Positions 19,028-28,167 of a DNA stretch of 64,000 nucleotides are shown piece by piece. How positions within the stretch are numbered: the stretch's first letter is position 1; each line of letters starts with the position of its first letter. A program made the translations under genes and the position numbers. Under the pieces are notes generated by a model, which saw only the letters and a program-made list of their open reading frames with translations, ran no database searches and had not been told where the DNA came from. The stretch is from a bacterium. Its GTDB lineage: Bacteria; Patescibacteriota; CPR2; UBA1875; JAJYID01. The DNA is taken from assembly GCA_030647205.1 (NCBI GenBank), contig JAUSJO010000005.1, positions 202,523 through 266,522 of the forward strand, written 5' to 3'.

Positions 19028-19414
19028 ATGGAAAAACCAATTATTATAGCGTCAGGGCCAGTCATTATAGAAAATGAAAAGGTGCTCTTGAACAAGCACG
19101 GAGATGATAACTTCTGGAAATTTGTGGGTGGGAAAGTCGAGGACTATAGCGTTTCTCTTGAGGATTGCGCAAAAAGAGAAGTAAAAGAGGAGATGGGTCT
19201 TGATATCGAAATAATCCGTCCATTAAAACCGATGATGGTTGAGATGCCGGGAAAGATCGTGATTTTAATACATTATCTTGCAAATAGGATTGGCGATATA
19301 AAGCCGGGTGAAGATATAAGAGAGTGGGATTGGTTCGATATTCACAATTTACCGGAAGACACAGCGCCAAACATTAAGCCCGTCATAGAGGAGTATCTAA
19401 ATGGAGAAAAATAA
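19028..19414 (+). CDS. NUDIX hydrolase
   Basis: GGKVEDYSVSLEDCAKREVKEEMGL retains the REUxEExGU core of the Nudix box. Confidence 0.9.
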   Translation: MEKPIIIASGPVIIENEKVLLNKHGDDNFWKFVGGKVEDYSVSLEDCAKREVKEEMGLDIEIIRPLKPMMVEMPGKIVILIHYLANRIGDIKPGEDIREWDWFDIHNLPEDTAPNIKPVIEEYLNGEK

Positions 19415-20075
19415 TATTGAAACCCGAGACACTAAATCTGTAGAGGAAAGAGTATCTGGTTTGCTTGAACAAGAAGGTTCAAGGAGTGAGCTTGCAGCCA
19501 CTACAAAAAAATTTCTAGGTCTTATGGCTGAGCATGATAGAAAGACTTTTTTACATGAGTGCAGAGTCGCCTTAATAGCAATAAAGCTAGCAGAGTTTTG
19601 CGGTTTTAAAGATCAAAAACCGGAACTTTTTGGAGGAGCAAACCACGATGTCGGCAAGCTTACGATTAGCGGAGAACTTCTAGGGAAGGGTCATATTACC
19701 CAAGAAGAATATGAGATCATTAAAAAACACGCCGATGCCAGCGCGAAAATGCTCGCTAAATATCCTTTTACGGCCTATATATCCGGTACTCATCATAGTC
19801 AACAAAAAAACAGCTACGGAGTAGACTTTAAAGGTGCTGGCCTTCCGGACGGGGTAAAAGAGGCAACTGAGAGAAGAATGAAGGAGGCGGCAAAAAATGT
19901 TGCTTTGTCTGACTTTTTTGACGCTGCAAGCACCAGAAAAACTAGTCAAATGGGGGGCGAAAACGATAAGAGCCCTCGTGAAAGAATGGAGGCCGAATAC
20001 CCTGATTATCTAGACCGAATAGATTTCTTATTTGGAAGCCAAGACGTGCAAGAGATTGTCGGGGGCAGGGGTTGA
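19401..20075 (+). CDS. HD-domain phosphohydrolase (HD-GYP-like, GYP motif degenerate)
   Basis: HECRVA...HDVGKL...EEYEIIKKH...HH...SDFFDA pattern. Confidence 0.8.
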   Translation: MEKNNIETRDTKSVEERVSGLLEQEGSRSELAATTKKFLGLMAEHDRKTFLHECRVALIAIKLAEFCGFKDQKPELFGGANHDVGKLTISGELLGKGHITQEEYEIIKKHADASAKMLAKYPFTAYISGTHHSQQKNSYGVDFKGAGLPDGVKEATERRMKEAAKNVALSDFFDAASTRKTSQMGGENDKSPRERMEAEYPDYLDRIDFLFGSQDVQEIVGGRG

Positions 20076-20590
20076 AAGTTGTTGATATAGAAGAACTCAA
20101 TGAGACTTTCGATACTTTTTGGAACGAGATGCAGATCGAATTTTTTAAGATTGAGGTTTTGCAATATTATGGAGAAGATGATAGCCCGTCACTTAGGGAG
20201 TGGCTGGCTGGCAATCGCGAAAAATCCCTGGAAATGATGAGAAAAGATGCAAAACCGTGGGCGGAAGGGAAAGAAAGTGTTAAAAAAATTAGGATTCATG
20301 TCGTAGACTATCCTTTAAGTGAGTATATCCAGTGGGAAATCGAGCATTATAAGCTTATCAATATTCCGTTTGTTGGTGAGGAAATATACCTGGTAAATCG
20401 CAAAAAAATTGACGGTTTAAAGCTGCCAAAAGGCGACACAATTATTTTTGATAAAAAGAAAGCCATTGTAAATATTTATAATGATAATGGGGTTGTGATA
20501 AAGGCGGAGATTTATGAAGATGAGGATATCGAACAGTTCTTAGAGTTAAGAGACGATATTTTGAACCTGCCATTAGAAAAAATCCGATAA
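20072..20590 (+). CDS. DUF6879-like protein
   Basis: FKIEVLQYY...RIHVVDYPLSEYIQWE...GEEIY...DTIIFD resembles DUF6879 as I recall it; TTG start overlaps the upstream stop. Confidence 0.65.
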   Translation: MKVVDIEELNETFDTFWNEMQIEFFKIEVLQYYGEDDSPSLREWLAGNREKSLEMMRKDAKPWAEGKESVKKIRIHVVDYPLSEYIQWEIEHYKLINIPFVGEEIYLVNRKKIDGLKLPKGDTIIFDKKKAIVNIYNDNGVVIKAEIYEDEDIEQFLELRDDILNLPLEKIR

Positions 20591-20595
20591 AACAA

Positions 20596-20624
20596 TTGAC
20601 AAATGCATGTAAATTTAGTATCAT
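20596..20624 (+). promoter_or_regulatory. sigma70-type promoter for secE-nusG-rplK-rplA
   Basis: TTGACA-N17-TATCAT. Confidence 0.8.
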
Positions 20625-20669
20625 TTTAAGCACTAAAGCCCCAGAGGCTTTTTTAAAATCGACAAAATT

Positions 20670-20852
20670 ATGAAAAAGTTCTTCAAGTATTTTATAGAGT
20701 CGAAAAACGAGCTTTTGAAGGTCGTATGGCCCGACAAGAAGACTACTTTGAATATGACGATTTCAGTTATTGTTATTTCTTTGGTAGTTTCTGTGTTCTT
20801 AGGGGCGGTAGACTATGTTTTACTCAAAGGGCTAACATTTATTTTGAAATAA
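20670..20852 (+). CDS. secE: Preprotein translocase subunit SecE
   Basis: ELLKVVWP motif, single TM, upstream of nusG. Confidence 0.95.
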   Translation: MKKFFKYFIESKNELLKVVWPDKKTTLNMTISVIVISLVVSVFLGAVDYVLLKGLTFILK

Positions 20853-20867
20853 TTTAAAAGGATTCAT

Positions 20868-21410
20868 ATGGCAAAACAACAGTCAGAGGGAAAAAATTGG
20901 TACGCGATACACACTTACTCAGGATATGAGGAAAGGGTATCGGAAAACTTACGCCAAAGGACAGAGAGTTTGGGACTTCAGGACTTGATTTTTGATGTTA
21001 TCGTTCCCAAAGAAAAAACTATTGAGATCAGAAACGGAAAAAGAAGAGTAGTTGAGAAAAAGATTTTCCAAGGTTATGTGCTGGTTCAGATGATAGTTAC
21101 AGATCACTCATGGTATATCGTTCGAAACACCCCGCAGGTGACCGGATTTATCGGTTCAGGAACTACACCGGTGCCACTCAGCGAAAAAGAAGTTAAAAAT
21201 ATTCAGAAAAGAATGGGTGTTGAGGAACCGAAGTATAAGATTGACCTTCGAAAGGGCGACCTTGTAAACATCAATGATGGACCATTTAAGGGTTCTGACG
21301 CGACAGTTGAGACGGTAGATGAGGAAAAAGGAAAAATAAAAGTTTTGGTGAGTATGTTTGGACGCGAAACTCCGGTAGAGCTCGACTCACTGCAGGTTAA
21401 AAAGGTTTAA
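20868..21410 (+). CDS. nusG: Transcription termination/antitermination factor NusG
   Basis: WYAIHTYSGYE, VRNTPQVTGF, KOW motif DGPF, MFGRETPVEL. Confidence 0.99.
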   Translation: MAKQQSEGKNWYAIHTYSGYEERVSENLRQRTESLGLQDLIFDVIVPKEKTIEIRNGKRRVVEKKIFQGYVLVQMIVTDHSWYIVRNTPQVTGFIGSGTTPVPLSEKEVKNIQKRMGVEEPKYKIDLRKGDLVNINDGPFKGSDATVETVDEEKGKIKVLVSMFGRETPVELDSLQVKKV

Positions 21411-21419
21411 GGAGATAAA

Positions 21420-21845
21420 ATGGCAAAGAAAGTTAAGACAAAAATTAAACTACAGGTTATAGGCGGACAGGCAAACCCAGCGCCTCCAGTCGGTACTGCA
21501 CTCGGTCCCCACGGACTTAATATTATGGATTTCTGTACTGCCTTCAACGAAAAGACAAAAGACCAGATGGGCACAAAGCTTCCGGTTATCATCACGGTTT
21601 ATGAAGATAGAACGTTCGACTTCATTATGAAAAAATCACCGGCAGCAGAGCTTATTAAAAAAGAAATCAATCTGAAAAAAGGTTCTGGTTCCAGTAAGAA
21701 AGAGAAAGTTGCCAAGATGACCAAAGAGCAGCTTAGGAAAGTTGCCGAGGCAAAGATGGATGATCTAAATGCAAACTCCATAGAACAGGCGATGAAAATT
21801 ATTGCCGGCACAGCAAGAAGTATGGGAGTTGAAGTAGAGAAGTAG
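21420..21845 (+). CDS. rplK: 50S ribosomal protein L11
   Basis: [27 protein letters not shown]. Confidence 0.99.
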   Translation: MAKKVKTKIKLQVIGGQANPAPPVGTALGPHGLNIMDFCTAFNEKTKDQMGTKLPVIITVYEDRTFDFIMKKSPAAELIKKEINLKKGSGSSKKEKVAKMTKEQLRKVAEAKMDDLNANSIEQAMKIIAGTARSMGVEVEK

Positions 21846-21935
21846 GGAGATGTTGGATTTGTAGGAATGTTGGAGCTGTTAGTAAATACAATTTCATCAA
21901 TTCAAACAATTATAACAATTAAAAAAATTTAATGA

Positions 21936-21966
21936 GTGGGAGAGTTTAAAAAATTCGTTTGACCAC
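21936..21966 (+). promoter_or_regulatory. Putative L1-binding mRNA leader upstream of rplA
   Basis: GTGGGAG...GACCAC stem with internal loop just before the rplA RBS (AAGGAG); this is the known form and position of L1 autoregulatory sites. Confidence 0.7.
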
Positions 21967-21977
21967 AAAGGAGTAAA

Positions 21978-22832
21978 ATGGCAAAAGAAGAAGAAAAGGA
22001 CGTAAAAGACGTTACTGAAACAGTTGAGGAAGAAAAGAAAGAGACCAAGAAGGAAGTTGTAAAAAAGTCTGCTAAACCAGAAACGAAAGCAAAGACTACT
22101 GCAAAAAAGTCTAAGAAAGACAAAAGCGAGAAGGTAAAACTTTCTAAGGAAGAGAGAAAGCACTCAAAGAAATATCGTGAAGTAGCCGCTTTGGTTGATA
22201 AAAATAACTATTATACGCTTGCAGAGGCAGTTGACCTGATCAAAAAGACTTCTACGACAAAGTTTGACTCATCTGTTGAGATCCATGTGCGACTTGGCGT
22301 AAACCCTACTGCAGCAGATCAGCAGGTTAGAGGAACCGTTGCATTACCTAACGGAACAGGAAAAACCCAGAGAGTAGCTGTTATTTGCGCTCCGGATAAA
22401 GAGAAAGAAGCTAAAGACGCGGGTGCCGATAAGGTTGGCGCTGACTTACTAATTGCAGAAATTGAAAAAGGAACACTCGACTTTGATATCCTGGTTGCAT
22501 CACCTGATATGATGGCAAAAATCGGAAAACTTGGTAAAATTCTCGGTACAAAGGGGCTTATGCCAAATCCAAAGGCTGGAACCGTAACTCCGGAAGTTGG
22601 TAAAGCTGTAAAAGAGCTAAAGGCCGGCAGAGTGGAGTTTAAGGTGGATAAGAGCTCCATAGTGCATCAGATTGTCGGTAAAGTCTCATTTGACGCAAAG
22701 AAACTGGAAGAAAACTACACCGTATTTATGGACGCTTTAAAACATGCTAAACCATCCGGTGTAAAAGGGACTTATATCAAGTCCATAAACCTCTCAACAA
22801 CAATGGGCCCTGGGATTAAAATAGAGCTTTAA
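21978..22832 (+). CDS. rplA: 50S ribosomal protein L1 with ~55 aa Lys/Glu-rich N-terminal extension
   Basis: [40 protein letters not shown]. Confidence 0.99.
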   Translation: MAKEEEKDVKDVTETVEEEKKETKKEVVKKSAKPETKAKTTAKKSKKDKSEKVKLSKEERKHSKKYREVAALVDKNNYYTLAEAVDLIKKTSTTKFDSSVEIHVRLGVNPTAADQQVRGTVALPNGTGKTQRVAVICAPDKEKEAKDAGADKVGADLLIAEIEKGTLDFDILVASPDMMAKIGKLGKILGTKGLMPNPKAGTVTPEVGKAVKELKAGRVEFKVDKSSIVHQIVGKVSFDAKKLEENYTVFMDALKHAKPSGVKGTYIKSINLSTTMGPGIKIEL

Positions 22833-22874
22833 ATCTTATAGAACACCACAAAAGACCTGTGGAAAACTAGTATA

Positions 22875-22910
22875 CAAAAAAGGACGGAATTTGAACGCCG
22901 TTCTTTTTTG
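22875..22910 (+). terminator. Intrinsic terminator after rplA
   Basis: CAAAAAAGGACGG...CCGTTCTTTTTTG. Confidence 0.75.
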
Positions 22911-22992
22911 ATGTGTGGACAATCCGAGTATTTAATTCCAATTTGTATCCAAAATGGGCCATTTTCGTGCTCAAATCCCTAAGCAGACGATT

Positions 22993-23072
22993 AAAGTGGG
23001 GGCATAAGCAAAAAAGTCTTTACAAAGTGGTTAATAGTGGGGTAAAATGGTTGAAAGTGGTGAAAAGTGGGG
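22993..23072 (+). promoter_or_regulatory. MraZ-binding direct repeats and dcw promoter
   Basis: Five AGTGG-like boxes ending at 23030, 23040, 23050, 23060 and 23070 (10-nt period; the third reads AATGG) plus one at 22993-22999, directly upstream of mraZ; they overlap TTTACA...TAAAAT. Confidence 0.85.
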
Positions 23073-23080
23073 ACAATAAG

Positions 23081-23512
23081 ATGTTTATCGGAGAATACAA
23101 ACACAATCTAGATGAGAAGGGAAGACTGGCTTTGCCGGCAAAGTTTCGAGGTAAACTTTCTGACGGAGTAGTCATAACCAAAGGGTTAGAAAATGCGCTT
23201 GTAATCTACACCATGGAAGAATGGGAGAAAATAGCATCTGACATCGCCAAAATGCCATATACGAAAGTCCACGCCAGAGCATTCTCAAGAATGACACTAT
23301 CAGGAGCGAACGACTGCAAACTTGACAGACAGGGGAGGATCAACATACCGCAGAATCTGCGTGATTTCGCACATTTGAAGACAAATGCGGTGGTTGTGGG
23401 AGTTTATTCAAGAATTGAAGTCTGGGATACGAAAGAGTGGGAAGAATATCAGGCAAGGACAGAGAAGGACGCCGGGCAGATTGCTGAACAGTTAGACAAT
23501 ACCAGTCTATAA
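23081..23512 (+). CDS. mraZ: Division/cell wall cluster transcriptional repressor MraZ
   Basis: MFIGEYKHNLDEKGRLALPAKFR...DRQGRINIP...RIEVW; 143 aa from ATG 23081. Confidence 0.97.
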   Translation: MFIGEYKHNLDEKGRLALPAKFRGKLSDGVVITKGLENALVIYTMEEWEKIASDIAKMPYTKVHARAFSRMTLSGANDCKLDRQGRINIPQNLRDFAHLKTNAVVVGVYSRIEVWDTKEWEEYQARTEKDAGQIAEQLDNTSL

Positions 23513-23537
23513 AGGCACATTGAAAACCAAATATAGT

Positions 23538-23746
23538 TTTTCCGTAAATATCCGGTAGGTAAGTAGGTACCTTATCTAAACAACATCCATCTCTTAAATT
23601 TAAGAACTCACATCTCGAGTTCTTGTTCTCAAAAATTTAAGCCCAATAAAAATCCTGCTTTAAAAGTTCTAAGCAAAAACAAAAATAAAAAATTGAACCT
23701 AAAAAGTTCTACCCAAATTTACTTACTGCCGGATACTTATGGAAAA
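23538..23746 (+). ncRNA. Candidate cis-regulatory structured RNA between mraZ and rsmH
   Basis: ~29-bp closing stem (23538-23568 with 23717-23746) with G-U pairs that favour the + strand, enclosing further hairpins. Confidence 0.55.
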
Positions 23747-24683
23747 GAAAAACATGCATAAGAGCGTACTTTTACAAGAAGTTGTCCAATTTCTTGACCC
23801 GAAGCCGGGACAGGTATTTATTGATGCCACCATCGGTTTTGGGGGACATTCGGAAGAGATTTTGAAGAAAATATCACCGGATGGAAAGTTACTGGGAATT
23901 GATCAGGATGAAGAAGCTTTAAATTGGCTGGGGGCCAATTTAGCACCAAAATATCCAAATCTAACCTTAAAAAAAGCTAATTTTAGCGAGATTGATCAAA
24001 TATCCAGGGAAAGTGGACACCAAAATGCTAATGGTATTTTGGCTGATATCGGGGTTTCTTCATATCAGTTTGATGAGGCCGGAAGGGGATTTTCCCTAAA
24101 AAATGACGGCCCGCTTGATATGAGGATGGATAAAACCCGGGATCTTACGGCAGCTGAGGTGGTAAACACCTATAGCGAGCAGGATTTGACCGATATCTTC
24201 TCTAAATACGGAGAAGAGAGACTGTCAAAGACTATCGCGCGGGAAATCGTCGCAAGACGCGCTGAGAAGCGATTTGCAACCACTTTGGAGCTTGCAGATA
24301 TGATACGGGGTATTTATGACAAAAAAGGCTTAAAAGGCCTCAAAATCCATCCTGCGACAAGGGTATTTCAAGCATTAAGGATTGAAGTTAACGACGAGCT
24401 TGGAAACTTGGAGAAGTTTCTCCCGCAAGCGCTGGATTCACTAGCCCCAAAAGGAAGATTATCCGTAATAACATTTCACTCACTGGAGGATAGGATAGTA
24501 AAAGATTTCTTCCAGAGAGAAGCAAAAGGCTGTATTTGTCCGCCAGACTACCCGATATGTAAATGCGGACATGAAAAAACGATCAAAATCATCACAAAAA
24601 AGCCGATTTTGGCAAGCGATGAAGAAATACGTGAAAATCCGAGATCAAGAAGCGCAAAACTTAGAGTAATAGAAAAAATTTAG
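23739..24683 (+). CDS. rsmH: 16S rRNA m4C1402 methyltransferase RsmH (MraW)
   Basis: HKSVLL, DATIGFGGHS, DIGVSSYQ, PLDMRMD, HPATRVFQALRIEVN, NPRSRSAKLR; alternative start 23754. Confidence 0.98.
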   Translation: MEKKNMHKSVLLQEVVQFLDPKPGQVFIDATIGFGGHSEEILKKISPDGKLLGIDQDEEALNWLGANLAPKYPNLTLKKANFSEIDQISRESGHQNANGILADIGVSSYQFDEAGRGFSLKNDGPLDMRMDKTRDLTAAEVVNTYSEQDLTDIFSKYGEERLSKTIAREIVARRAEKRFATTLELADMIRGIYDKKGLKGLKIHPATRVFQALRIEVNDELGNLEKFLPQALDSLAPKGRLSVITFHSLEDRIVKDFFQREAKGCICPPDYPICKCGHEKTIKIITKKPILASDEEIRENPRSRSAKLRVIEKI

Positions 24684-24743
24684 ATATAGCAAACATCTTA
24701 AAGGAGGGTGAGCGCTAAAACAAAAAACAAAGAGGAGATAAAA

Positions 24744-25082
24744 ATGAGAAACAGAAAGAAAAATAAAGTATTTAATAAAAAACACAGGAGTTCATTTAAG
24801 GTGGGGAAAATGACCATTGGTTTTATGGCTATATTCGTTATTTTACCTCTTTGCATCTTCTTGTTGTCTCAGACTAACCAAATGACTATGAAGGGCGACG
24901 ATATATCAAAACTTGAGAAGAAGAAACAGGAGCTTGCTGACGATAAACAGAGACTTGAGGTTGAAGCGGCTAGGCTGCAGTCTGTTCAGGAAATCCAGAA
25001 AGATGTCTCAAAAACTAACATGGTTCCAACAAAGAAAATAAATTATGTAAATTCTTCTACCGGCGTTGCGGTAAACAGATAG
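24744..25082 (+). CDS. ftsL: FtsL-like cell division protein
   Basis: Basic N-terminus, single TM and coiled coil, between rsmH and the PBP gene; ATG 24744 follows AGAGGAG (ORF track starts at GTG 24708). Confidence 0.7.
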   Translation: MRNRKKNKVFNKKHRSSFKVGKMTIGFMAIFVILPLCIFLLSQTNQMTMKGDDISKLEKKKQELADDKQRLEVEAARLQSVQEIQKDVSKTNMVPTKKINYVNSSTGVAVNR

Positions 25083-25149
25083 TTTTAGTATAATGCAGTT
25101 AAAGGGTGAGAAACAGTCAATCAGTAATTTAGGCATTTAGGAACGCAGA

Positions 25150-26877
25150 ATGAAAAACTATCACAATATGCAACTGCAGAAAAAAAGAATAAATTATTTA
25201 TTCATAATTGTCGCTATAGCGGGAATTTTTGTTTTTTTCCGACTTTTCCAGCTTGGAGTGCTGGAAAATAAAACCTATGCCGATGCGGCAAAGGCTCAAC
25301 ATTGGTCAGAAAACGAAGTGCAGCCTAAGAGAGGGAGTATTTATGTAAAAGACTCAAGCGGAGATCTTTATCCTCTTGCGACAAACATTAAGCTTTACAA
25401 AGCCTACGTTGATCTAGGAAACAGCGAGAATCAGGATAAAACGGCCGAAAATATTGCCGGTGCTTTAAGTATGAGCAAAGATGAAATAATCGATAAATTC
25501 AAAAATTCGCAGTCAAAACGCTATATTCCCATTAAAAGGAAACTTAGCGACGAAGAGGTGGATAGGATTAAAAATTTGGATGATAAGGCTATAGGCCTTG
25601 AACCGGAGCATTGGCGGACTTATCCAGAGAAGGAGCTTGCCAGTCAGGTCTTGGGATATGTTGACGGTGATGGCAACGGCGCTGGCGGGATAGAGCAGTA
25701 TTTCAATGAAGAGCTAAGAGGGACACCAGGACTTTATAAGGCAGAGTCCGACTCTCTAGGCAATAAAATACTAACAGGAAGAGATGTTTCGGTTGATGCG
25801 AAAGATGGTGAAGATGTTGTTTTGACCATAAATCGCGACATTCAGGCGCAAGCTGAGTTGGCTCTGAAAAATGCAGTTGAGAAGAATCATGCAAAGGATG
25901 GTTCTATCATAGTTGTTGACCCCAAAACGGGAGCAATTCTTGCTATGGCGAACTCGCCGACATTTGACCCAAATAACTATAATGAGGTGAAAGACTATGG
26001 TCTGTTTAAAAACTCTGCTATTAGTGATGTTTATGAGCCGGGATCAATATTTAAGGTTTTGACAATGGCGGCAGGACTCGATGCGCGGAAAATTGAGCCA
26101 GATATGAAGTATACAGATACCGGCTCTGTTACGTTCAATGGGTCGACGATTAAAAACTCGGACCTAAAAGCGCATGGGGAAGTAACAATGACTCAGGTGT
26201 TAGAGCAGTCTTTAAATACAGGAACAACACAAGTCCAGAGACTTTTGGGCAAAGATTTGTTCTTTGATTATCTTCAAAAATTCGGTCTGGGGATGCCTAC
26301 GGGCATAGAGGCACCAGATGGGACAGAAGGAGTTGGTAAAGTTTATAAGCCGTCAGAAGTTAACGACCATACATATGCAACGATGAGTTTTGGGCAGAGT
26401 ATTTCCACAACTCCGCTTCAAATGATCATGGGGTTTGCTTTAGTTGCAAACAATGGAAAACTTATGAAACCACATTTAGTTCAGGAAAGAATCAAAACGG
26501 ATGGTGAAAAAACTGAGTATAATGCGGACGCGGGGAAGCAGATTATTTCTCCGGAAGCAGCAATCAAACTGACAGGGATGATGATCAGTGTTGTTGAAAA
26601 CGGCCATGGAAAACAGGCGAAGGTAAAGGGGTATAAGGTCGCCGGCAAGACCGGTACGGCTCAAGTACCGGATCCTCAGGGAGGTTACTCGGTTGGTAAA
26701 AATATAGGTTCATTTATCGGTTTTGCGCCGGCTGATAACCCCAGATTTGTGGTGCTTGCAAAAATCGATGAGCCGAAAGGTGTCGCCTGGGCAGAGTCGA
26801 CGGCAGCGCCGGTGGTAGGGGAAATTCTGCAAAATCTTCTAAACTATTATCAGGTTCCGCCAACGGAGAAACAATGA
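25150..26877 (+). CDS. ftsI: Class B penicillin-binding protein (FtsI/PBP2 family)
   Basis: RGSIY, RTYP, EPGSIFK (SxxK), SLN (SxN), KTGTAQ. Confidence 0.93.
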   Translation: MKNYHNMQLQKKRINYLFIIVAIAGIFVFFRLFQLGVLENKTYADAAKAQHWSENEVQPKRGSIYVKDSSGDLYPLATNIKLYKAYVDLGNSENQDKTAENIAGALSMSKDEIIDKFKNSQSKRYIPIKRKLSDEEVDRIKNLDDKAIGLEPEHWRTYPEKELASQVLGYVDGDGNGAGGIEQYFNEELRGTPGLYKAESDSLGNKILTGRDVSVDAKDGEDVVLTINRDIQAQAELALKNAVEKNHAKDGSIIVVDPKTGAILAMANSPTFDPNNYNEVKDYGLFKNSAISDVYEPGSIFKVLTMAAGLDARKIEPDMKYTDTGSVTFNGSTIKNSDLKAHGEVTMTQVLEQSLNTGTTQVQRLLGKDLFFDYLQKFGLGMPTGIEAPDGTEGVGKVYKPSEVNDHTYATMSFGQSISTTPLQMIMGFALVANNGKLMKPHLVQERIKTDGEKTEYNADAGKQIISPEAAIKLTGMMISVVENGHGKQAKVKGYKVAGKTGTAQVPDPQGGYSVGKNIGSFIGFAPADNPRFVVLAKIDEPKGVAWAESTAAPVVGEILQNLLNYYQVPPTEKQ

Positions 26878-28130
26878 TCAAGAAAGTCGCTCAAATAATT
26901 TTAAAATGGTCTGCCAAAATAGCAATCAAACGAAACGGCTACAAAATAGTGGCGATAACCGGTAGTGTTGGCAAAACCTCTACAAAAAAAGCGGTCTCGC
27001 TTGTTTTGGCAGAAAAATATTCGGTTTTGGCCGGCGAAGGTGAAGGATACAATACCGAGATTGGTGTTCCGCTAATCTTGATTCAAAAAACTGTCCCCAA
27101 GGATAAATTCGGTTGGATTTTTTTGATTTTATTCTCACCGTTTTTAGCTCTTAAAAAAAGAAACTATGACTTTTGTGTTTTGGAAATGGGAGCGGACAAA
27201 CCAGGCGATATTGAATATCTGACCGAGATTGCAAAACCTGATATTGCAGTTGTGATGAATGTCTTTAGGGTTCATTTGATTGAATTTAAGAGTATTGAAG
27301 ATATAGCGAAAGAGAAGGAAAAAATTTTATCTAAATTGAGTTCCGGCGGGGTGGCTATATTAAATGCAGATAATGAATATACAAGAGAAATGAAATCTCC
27401 AAGTGGCATAGAAACTATAACCTTTGGAAAGAAATCGACCGAAGTTCAGGTTGTAAAACAAGAGTTTGATAGAAAGGGTTCATCAAATTATTTTAAGGTT
27501 CAAAATAAAAATATAGTCATTAGATCTTCTTCTCTCGGAGAACACATACTTTACGTTTTTGCTTGTGCAATAGCTGTCGGTATTTCTCAAAAAATCGAGA
27601 TCAATCAGATTATCAAAGCCTTAGAAAATTTCAAACCGGCAAAGGGTAGGTTAAACTTAATTAAAGGCATAAAAGGATCAACCATTATTGATGATTCTTA
27701 TAATGCTAATCCGGCTTCAATGAAAAATGCGCTTGATGTTTTAGAAAACATTGATGCTAAAAGAAAAATAGCGCTTCTCGGTAGCATGAATGATTTAGAA
27801 GATTTTGAAGAGGAGGAACATAAGAAAATTGGTACCCATTTGGGAGGGAAATGTGATATTCTAGTAACAGTGGGTGAGGCGGCAAAGAAGTACCTTGCCC
27901 CGGCTTCTGTTGCAGCCGGAATGAAAAGTGGGAGTGTCCATAGTTTTGAAACTTCAGTTCAGGCGGGTGGGTTTTTGAAAGAATTTATTCAAAAAGGAGA
28001 CGTCGTTTTGGCAAAAGGTTCACAGAACAAAATTAGGGTAGAAAAAGCGGTAAAGATGATCATGAAGAACCCGGAAGATGCGCCAAATGTTCTTTGCCGG
28101 CAAGGCAAGGAATGGGAAAAAAGAAGTTAG
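26874..28130 (+). CDS. murF: UDP-MurNAc-tripeptide--D-Ala-D-Ala ligase
   Basis: AITGSVGKTSTK, NTEIGVP, LEMGAD, DDSYNANPASM, KGSQ. Confidence 0.93.
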   Translation: MIKKVAQIILKWSAKIAIKRNGYKIVAITGSVGKTSTKKAVSLVLAEKYSVLAGEGEGYNTEIGVPLILIQKTVPKDKFGWIFLILFSPFLALKKRNYDFCVLEMGADKPGDIEYLTEIAKPDIAVVMNVFRVHLIEFKSIEDIAKEKEKILSKLSSGGVAILNADNEYTREMKSPSGIETITFGKKSTEVQVVKQEFDRKGSSNYFKVQNKNIVIRSSSLGEHILYVFACAIAVGISQKIEINQIIKALENFKPAKGRLNLIKGIKGSTIIDDSYNANPASMKNALDVLENIDAKRKIALLGSMNDLEDFEEEEHKKIGTHLGGKCDILVTVGEAAKKYLAPASVAAGMKSGSVHSFETSVQAGGFLKEFIQKGDVVLAKGSQNKIRVEKAVKMIMKNPEDAPNVLCRQGKEWEKRS

Positions 28131-28167
28131 TCTATAAATATTTAGTTAAGCAATAACAGGAAAAGCA

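Noticed and set aside
17664-20590. tRNA-Trp 3' duplication as attL/attR of the 3 kb islet or of a prophage
   Set aside because: The repeats are only 178 nt apart and do not bracket the islet; no integrase is present.
23021-23070. Periodic repeats as a CRISPR array
   Set aside because: The 10-nt period without spacers is explained by MraZ boxes. I saw no CRISPR array or cas genes in the window.
22913-23080. 56-aa N-terminal extension of MraZ in the ORF track
   Set aside because: It is translated promoter and MraZ-box DNA; the canonical MFIGEY start is at 23081.
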